The notes below the pieces were generated by a model that did not search any database, was not told where the DNA came from, and saw nothing but the letters and a program-made list of their open reading frames with translations. The position numbers were made by a program, and so were the translations under genes. Below, piece after piece: positions 55,566-64,000 of a stretch of DNA of 64,000 nt. The first letter of the stretch is position 1; each line of letters begins with the position of its first letter. The stretch is from NCBI RefSeq assembly GCF_009914755.1, contig NC_060941.1; one strand, given 5' to 3'. The DNA comes from the human T2T-CHM13v2.0 reference genome, Homo sapiens.

Positions 55566-57789
55566 CATAAAAAGATTTCTTATATTCAGCTGTCAACTGT
55601 ATAGTTAATCTTCAATTAAATATTTTCCTTAGCTGTTTCAGAAAAATACAATGCCATAAGTGAACCTTTAAATGATGGTTTTAAGATAACTGAGATAACA
55701 TAACCTAAATAAAACTAGACAACATATTTTTCTGGGGTATAAAACTAATACAGACTAAAAAATTTCAAAATTACATGGAAATTAATAAAGTAGAAGGTGG
55801 CTATTGTAATGGGGGAGGATCAGGAATATGGTCTGTGCACATTACATTGTAATTAAAACAAAAGTCATTTTTATGCAATTATGTCAAGCCTTATATTATC
55901 TTTTTTATTAAAATGATTATATCAAAATTGCTATGTCAAAATGGCCACTTTGATAAAATTTTATAGCAAACTCCTAGAGAAAGCAATAGTATTTATTAAA
56001 GTAGCTTCCATGGCACCCTAGTTCTTTTGGTATGCTCTGAGAAATAAGTATTGTGTTCAACTCATTTTGAGAAATGCTACACACTTCCACCTTCTCACAG
56101 ATTCACAATGCACATTCACATTTAAAAGGTCCTGAAAAATATTTTTAAAGCCTTCTAAAATTAATCTACCCCAATATTTCCAAAGTTAATTGGATCACAA
56201 GACTCTGGATGTATGGGTTTGTAATGGTATTTGCTAATATTTATTTAGCACGTATTTTATCCATACCATTATATGAAGGGCTATATGTGCATATTTCAAA
56301 TAAGTCTTAACCAATGTAGGCTGATGTTACTATTATTATTGTCACTTTTCACATAGAGAAAGTAAAACATAAAATAATTAACTAGTTGCCAAGGTAATCT
56401 ATTAACATATTAATTTAGCCAACAAGCATCTGAGACTGATTCCAACTAAGTTCTGGCTGAATCCTCAGGGTGATTTCTCAATCACTACACTGTACTGATT
56501 CCTAATATTCCACAACACTTTTTGCTACTTCTGATACAGCTTTTGAGGGACTCAGCAATACATTTCTAAAAAATATCACGAAGTTGCCTTTTATGTCTTT
56601 CTTCACTCACATCTATTGAGATGGAGTTGCTAGAGTTTTGTTTTGGTTTATTTCTCAAAGCACAGCTACTTCTGTAATTGACCCTATAGTCATTGTACAC
56701 TCTTGGTCCTTGCCAGAACATATAATTTAAAATTCTCCACTGCAGCTGCCCAACCCTCACCTAAAGCCCAGTTACAAACAGTTCAGGAGAATTACCTAAA
56801 GGATGTGAAATCCATTCAGTCTTCTCAGTGTTCTACAAACTGGTACACTGAATTAACTCTTGTGATCTTAGAGAGTGATCTCTTTCGATTGATTGCTCTG
56901 CATTGTATTTTAATGTAACTTATAAGTTACATTAAATATGTAACTTATACATTAAATGAAAATAAGTACAATCTCAGTTTGCATTGAGGAATGTTATTAA
57001 AGGAGCTGTACAAAACTTACCCTTGGAATTAGCTGACATTCCTCATTTCACACAATGATTCATAGTAATTGTCACTATGATTTGCACAGTGCCTGAGAAG
57101 CCTCTTCAGAAAAAGAAAGGAGATAAATTTGATCGTAGTTGGGGTTCAATAATAAGAAACCAAATCTGGTGAAATTATGGTGTGGGTTTAGGTAGGCAAC
57201 AGAAACCAGGCTGCAGAGGGATGGCAGTACCCCTGAAGAGTCACAAAGATAAAAGGAGTGAGTCAGAACCTCAGTGCTCCAGGGCATTTATGTGACACCT
57301 GTTGACTGACTGTCCCATAATCTTAGCTACTTTGATAGCAGGACATTGACTGAAATATCACTGAGACAGTTGCCATTAGGCTCATGCATGCAGCTCATCT
57401 TGGTATAGCACATGATCAAGGCCTGACTTTGCTAGTGTCAAATCTGAGCAACCACTAGAACAGCTTTCCAAATGAAAAGATGAATGATTATAAATATTTG
57501 AGGAAAAAAGACATTTTTTCAGGACCCAAAATTCCAATAGAAGCAGAAGGAGACCTAGAGCTACCAAGATTCATTAATATAAATTGATTGTACTATATTC
57601 CTGGTTTGGCGAATGCTGAGCCACATAAATTGAATAGGAATTTATTTGCCTGTTGTTAACTTCAGCACAGTGTTTTCTTAAAGAAACTTCATGGGAGAAA
57701 CTTTCTCTTAAGTTTTAATTCCAGGGCAAGTCCTGTTTCTCCAAAGATGCCCAAACTTTTCCTTTTTTTTTTTTTTTTTTTTTTTTTAA

Positions 57790-58820
57790 GTCTTTGTGTG
57801 TTGTTTTTTTGAAATCCCCAAAATTAGTCAACTTGACTTTTTGGTGTGTATATCTCTGTAAATTTTAGCACATGTATAGATTTGCGTATCCACCACCACA
57901 ATAAAGATACATAATATTTATATCACTCCCAAACACATGCTCATGCTAGTATTTCTTAATCACACCACTTTTTCACCCGATCCCTTGACAAGTACTAATG
58001 CTCTCTATTACTACATTTTGTCTTCTTAACAAAGTCATTTAAAGTGAATCATACAGTATGTGACACTGAGACTGGTTTCTTCTACACAACAAAATGAGAT
58101 TCATCCCAGTTATTGCATTTTTATTACCAAGTAAAATTCCTTTTCATGGACATACCACAGTGTGTTTATACAGTCACCCGTTGGAGGTCATTACGGTGGT
58201 CTCCAGTTTCTGCAATTTTTAATAGAGCTGCTATAAATATTCATGTACATGTTTCTGTGTGAGCATAAGGGTTTTTTTTTTCTAGAATAAATACCTAGGA
58301 ATGGGATTGCTAGGTCATATATAGGTGCATATTATAACTTTAAGAGAAACATGACAAAATCATTCTCCAAAATATCTGAATCATTTTACATTCTCACTAA
58401 CACTTCATGCTTTTTCAGTAGTTCTACATCTTTGCCAACCTTTGTGTTGTTTTATCTTTTTTTTTTTTTTTGGCCATTCTTATAAGTCTGTCATTGTACC
58501 TCATTGTGATTTTAATTTACTTCTCCCTGATGGTTAACAATGTTGAACATTTTTTCTTGTGCTTATTTGCCATTCATATACCTTCTTTAATTAAAATATT
58601 TTACCTACTTTTTAAAAATTTGTTTTATTTCTGTTGAGTTTTGAGTTCTTTATGCATGCTTGATACAAGTCATTTGGCAGATATATGATTTGCAGAAATT
58701 TTTTCCCAGTCCAATTTATCATCTTTTTTTTTTTTTTACTTTTCTGAGTCATTCTTATGGTGTCATGTCGAAGAACTCTTTGACCCAAGATCATGAAGTT
58801 TTTTTAAATAAGTTTGTCTG
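57790..58820 (-). mobile_element. Old L1 (L1MC/MD-like) 3' region
   Basis: atacctaggaatgggattgctaggtcatat, tgcttatttgccattc motifs, preceded by a T run. Confidence 0.78.
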
Positions 58821-59222
58821 AAAGTGTAAGGCTAACTCTATGAGGATGAGTTCATTTAGGTGATTTCTCTGACTATATATTTGATAGACACAACTAAATG
58901 AAAAGTAGCACCTTTTAATATTGTCAGGTTAATGTATTCTGGTTTGTGTCTTTGGTTTTGAACATGTTTAAACCATTAAAAACACATTTTAAATAGGCTA
59001 GTCAATTTTCTTCTTGCAGAAGAGACTGGAAATTAATTTATTCACTTTTGTGTAGGCATTATTTTATACATACTATAGAGTTGCACCCATGCATGCATTT
59101 AATAAAATGTGAATCTCAACTATGTGACAGGCATTGTTCTAGCTACTAGAGGACACCAGTGATTAAAAGCACAACAAAATCCTTCCCTTCCACCAATGTA
59201 TATTTCAGTTAAATATGTATAT

Positions 59223-59555
59223 CAGGTTGAGCATCTTTAATTCAAGAATTTGAAACCTGGTAAGCTTCAAAATTTGAAACATTTTGAGCCCTACCATCAT
59301 GTCATAAGTGAAAAATTCCACAAATAAGTACTTAACACAACTTTTACTCATGCACAAAATTATTAAAAATATAGTTTAAAGTTACATCCAGGTTATATGT
59401 GTAAGGTATATATGAAATACAAATAAATTTTGCATTTAGACTTGGATCCTATCCCCAATATATCTTATTATGTATATACAAATATTCCTAAATCTGAAAA
59501 AAAATCCAACCTCCAAAATACTCTGGTTCCAAGTATTTTGGATAAGAGATACTCA

Positions 59556-59560
<5 letters not shown>
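59223..59560. mobile_element. Tigger4b/MER46-like TcMar MITE
   Basis: Terminal inverted repeats CAGGTTGAGCATC / GATACTCAACCTG. Confidence 0.85.

Positions 59561-59606
<46 letters not shown>
59559..59606. repeat. (TG)24 microsatellite
   Basis: Perfect run starting in the MITE's terminal TG. Confidence 0.97.
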
Positions 59607-59610
<4 letters not shown>

Positions 59611-60138
59611 TTACACTGATTCAAAGAGAGAGAGGAAATTAAAATTTAATTCTATCTGCTATTGGACTCAATGAACCTATGTCCACAAATCCTCTTCAGA
59701 TGGGATCAGTGAGTCAGATATTTCTCCCATAAGTCTCAGTTTCCATACAAATTTGCTGAAGGAAGCAATTTTCTTAGGTAACATGAGCCCAAGATTTAAA
59801 ACTATATTTCTCATGGAATACGGTTTTCTAATGGTAAACAAAGGCTTTCTTTGTTGGACAACATTTTCATGAATTCTCGATGACAAATTATGATTATATG
59901 CAACTCTGTAAATACTAATTTAGAACTATATACAATAAAATATAACTATTTTAATAATAATAAAAATACACATTACTAAAATATGCTATTTATTGACTAT
60001 TTTAATATAAATACCACTTTATTGGTATTAATATTATCAAAGTAATTAAAGAGGTCCATCTTCATTTCAGAAAAATGGCTGTGGCTGTTTATCATGCTTA
60101 TTACAGAATAGAATACAAACTAGAATGCATTCAAGTTA

Positions 60139-62701
60139 GAGGGGGCAAGATGGCTGACTAGATGCAGCCAGGAAATGCCGCTCACACAGACAGAGACCAA
60201 AATACTAAGAAAACCAACACACTTTGAGCATATCTTTGCAGATGAAACACCAAGAGTCTATAGAGAAGTGACATAGACATGAAGGCTGAAGAGAGAGAAA
60301 GGTGGGAGCCCTGTGAGTGGTACTCAAATGCTAGGGATAGTTTCCAGTCCTGAACAGCTCCTGGGTAACGGGTGAGGGAAGGGACAGAGGGACAACCCGC
60401 TCTTGCTGCAGACCTCTGGGGTCCTAGCTACAGAGGATCCCATATCTCCCATGAACATTTGAACTGGCAGGAGAATCCACCTGGAAAGTAGGCAGAGACA
60501 GGGCTTCAGCTGATGTGGAGCCCAGGGACTTTTGTGTGCAGGGCATCTGCAGCAGAGCATGGCCATAGGTGCCCATCCCCAAGGGTTCCCCATCTCCCTT
60601 TAAGTAGCTCTAGCCTCAGCTGACCAATGGTCCAGGACAAACTGGGGCCAGCTTCCTCACTAGACTGGGGCACCTATGTTCTGCAGGTACTTCTGTCCTT
60701 CAGCCCCTCCCACAACCCCAGCCTGGCCACCCTGCAGGAACATGTACACCGCACAGTCTGGACACTTTGCTCCACCTAAGTACCTTCCTAGCATGCTGGG
60801 AGCACTTCAGATCCTCCAGCACAGATGGAGCCCAATCCCAAAGATCCAGCAGTAAAAGCCACAGGCTGGTCCCAATGCCCTAGGGCTATGTTCTGCAAAT
60901 TGAGAGTGCCAAGCCAAGCTCTGCGGCCAACACTTCAGAAAGGGAGGGTGCCTCTACTTTCAGAACACTGAGAGGGGTGAGATGCATGGGTTTGTGGGTT
61001 GGCATGCAAGCAGTGTGTAGCTTCCTCCACAATGCTGGTCTATGAAGGGTGTGGCCTATCTCCCTGCCATGGCCTCTGCCTGAGGGAGTCCCATAGCCCA
61101 GAACAGCTAACAAAGCAAACATGGGAATAATGCCATTGATTAGAGGGGGCTCCTTCAAGGCCAGGAGTGGACCTTGTGCAAGGGTCATCTCTCTCCCCAC
61201 CACCACAGAGCATGGCTGCAAACATGAGGAAATATGAAAGAGCCATGTGGCTGATTAAGAGCCTATCTGCCAGCCATTACTTTTAGGTGCCACCCACTGG
61301 ATCACAGCCCAAACAACACTATCAAAAATATTCTTCCAGTTATACAACCCTGTGAAACCAATGGCAAGAATCCAGACACCAATTAACAGCCTGTTCAGAA
61401 ACTTGACCCTTTGAAAGCACTCAAAATGAAGTCAATTGACTATACTCAACTTACATTACAATAAAAGGAACACCAACCCTCTTAGATGAAAAAGAATCAG
61501 CATAAGAACTCTGGCAATTAAAAACACCAGTCTCCCCTTACATCCAAATGAGCCCACTGGCTCCCCAGCAATGATTCTTAAGCAGACTAAAATGACTAAG
61601 TGACAGACATAGAATTCAGAATCTGGATGGAAAGGAAGCTCATCAAGATTCAAGAGAAAGTTGAAGTCCAATCAAAGAAATCCAAGTAATCCAGTAAAAG
61701 GATTCAAGATCTGAAAAATGAAATAGCCATTTTAAGAAAGAACTAAACTGATCTTCTGAAACTGAAACATTTACAAGAACATCATAATACCACCAGAAGT
61801 ATTAACAGCAGAATAAACTAAGCTGAAGACAGAATCTCAGAGCTTGATAACCAGTTCTACAAATCAACTGAAAAGTAAAGAAAAAAGAATGCGGGAAAAT
61901 CCTGCTACATACTATACAAGATGTTTGTCTCCAAGCCACATGGTTATTGATTCACCAAGGTCAATGTGAAAGAAAAAATCTTAAAGGCAGTTAGCAAGAA
62001 GGCTCAGGTCACATACAAAGGGAACCCCATCTGGCTGGCAGCGGATCTTTCAAAAGAAACTTTAAAAGCCGGAAGAGATTGGGAACCTATTTTCAATATC
62101 CTTAAAGAAAAGACATTCAAACCAAAAATTTCATATCCTGCAAAACTAAGCATCATATGCAATGGAGAAATTAAACCCTTTTTTGACAATCATACACTAA
62201 GGGAATCTGTTACAACTAAAACTAGCCTTACAAGGGAGTGCTAAACATGGAAATGAAATAATGACACCTGCTTCCACAAAAACTAAAGCACAGTGCACAG
62301 ACAGTATAAAGCAACTACACAATCAAGTCTACAAAATAACCAGCTAACAACATGATGACAGGATCCAAATCTCACGTATTAATAGTAACTTTGAATGTAA
62401 ATGGTCTAAATACCCCACTTAAAAGACATAGAGTAGCAAGCTGGAATAAAAACACTGTCCAACTGTCTGCTGCCTTCAAGAGACCCATCTCACATTTAAT
62501 GACACCCACAGGTCAAAAGAAAAGAAATGGAGAAAGATCTAGCATGCAAACAGAAAACAAAAAATGAGTATGAGTCACTATTCTTACAGTAGACAAAAGG
62601 AACTTCAAATCAACAGTAAAGAAGAAGGACAAAGAGAGGCATGACACAATGATAAGGGAAAAATTCAATGAAAAGATTAAATATCAAAATATATATACAC
62701 C
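60139..62701 (+). mobile_element. Old primate L1 5' portion (5' UTR, ORF1, ORF2 endonuclease start), L1PA13-16/L1PB-like
   Basis: GGGGGCAAGATGGCTGACTAG start with YY1-like motif; ORF1-like KEKILKA..TYKGNPI..YPAKLS (61966-62244); MTGS..TLNVNGLN..KRHR (62352). Confidence 0.88.
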
Positions 62702-63062
62702 TGATATGGTTTGGTTTTGTGTCCCTACCCAAATCTTACCTGAAATTGTAATCCCATAATCCCCACATGTCATGGGAGGAACCTGGCAGAGATCATTGAA
62801 TCATGGAGCAGTTTCCCCCTTGCTGATCTCATGATAGCGAGTGAGCTCTCAAGAGGTCTCATGGTTTTATAAGGGGTTTCCCCCTTTGCTCAGCATGCAT
62901 TCTCTCTCCTGCCACTGTGTGGAGAGGTGCCTACTCACATGATTGTAAGTTTCCTGAGTCCTCCCCATATATGCAGAATTGTGAGTCAACTGAACCTCTT
63001 TTCTTTATAAATTACCCAGCCTCTGGTATTTCTTCATAGCAGCGAGAGAACAGACTAATACA
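62702..63062 (+). mobile_element. THE1 5' LTR inserted in L1 ORF2
   Basis: TGATATGGTTTGG...CAGACTAATACA. Confidence 0.9.
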
Positions 63063-64000
63063 GTAAATTCGTACCAGGTGTGGGGTGCTGTTATAAAGAT
63101 ACCCAAAAATGTGGACGTGACTTTGGAACTGGGTAACAGGCAGAGGTTGGAATAGTTTGGAAGACTCGGAAGAAGACAGGAAAATGTGGGAATGTTTTGA
63201 ACTTCCTAGAGACTTGGAGGGCTCCGAAGACAGGCAGATGTCAGAAAGTTTGGAACTTCCTAAAGACTTGTTGAATTGCTTTGACCAAAATACTGATAGT
63301 GATATGGAAAATCAAGTCCAGGCTGAAGTGGTCTCAGATGGAGATGACGAACTTTTTGGGAACTGGAATAAAGGTGACCCTTGCTATTCTTTAGCAAAGA
63401 GATTGGCAGCATTCTGCCTCTGCCCTAGAGATCTGTGGAACTTTGAACTTCAGAGAGAGAGAGAGTCAGAAATTAAAACTTATGTTTACAAGGAAAGCAG
63501 AGCGTAAAGGTTTGGAAAATTTGCAGGCTGACCATGTGGTAGAAAAGAAAAAACAATTTCCTGGGGAGAAATTCAAGCCAGTTGCAGAAATTTGCATAAG
63601 TAATGAGGACCCAAATGTTAATCACCAAGACAATGGGGAAAATGTCTTCAGGGCTTGTCAGAGACCTTCATGGTAGCCCCTCCCATCACAGACCTGGAGG
63701 CCTAGGAGGGAAAAATGATTTCAGGGGCCAGGTCCAGGGACCCTCTGCTATGTGCAGCCTGGGACTTGGTGTCCTGTGTCCCAGCCACTCCAGCTGTGGC
63801 TAAAAGGGGTGAAGGTACAGCTCAGGCCATTGCTTCAGAAGGTGCAAGCCTCAAGTCTTGGTAGCTCCCATGTGGTGTTGGGCCTGTGGGTGCAAAGAAG
63901 GCAAGAATTGAGGCTTGGGAGCTTCTACCTAGATTTCAGAGGATATATGGAAATGTCTGGATTTCCAGGCAGAAGACTTCTGTAGTGGGGAGAACCCTCA
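63063..64000 (+). mobile_element. THE1/MaLR internal sequence, truncated by window edge
   Basis: MaLR-internal ORF remnants: ELPRDL, VQAEVVSDGDDELFGNWNKGDPCYSLAKRLAAFC. Confidence 0.9.

Noticed and set aside
63157-63275. Tandem duplication in the THE1 internal region (EDSEEDRKMW / EGSEDRQMS)
   Set aside because: As I recall this occurs in other THE1 internal copies, so it is probably inherited from the source element.

Overview
Primate (human-like), AT-rich genomic DNA made mostly of transposable-element relics. I find no host protein-coding exon, RNA gene or prokaryotic system that the sequence supports, and every long ORF is retroviral, L1, Alu or MaLR derived. Main contents: (1) the 3' portion of a decayed HERV9-group provirus with an LTR12-type 3' LTR (1-4914); (2) a nested stack of old minus-strand L1s, Alus and a 5'-deleted HERV-E provirus (about 10.5-26.4 kb); (3) MER1A, THE1, MLT1, FLAM and Alu elements, many with readable target-site duplications (TSDs); (4) a twin-primed, 5'-inverted L1PA2/3 abutting an MLT2A LTR that contains a second LTR12-type LTR (46.0-49.5 kb); (5) a Tigger4-type MITE, an old L1 5' end and a THE1 LTR plus internal region running off the right edge. 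The most distinctive signal is a recurring set of locally templated insertions and fold-back inversions, including a patchwork insert at 7171-7310 copied from two sites about 2 kb away in opposite orientations. These look like DNA-repair or template-switch scars rather than a new gene system. Subfamily names come from recalled consensus sequences and need RepeatMasker/Dfam confirmation.
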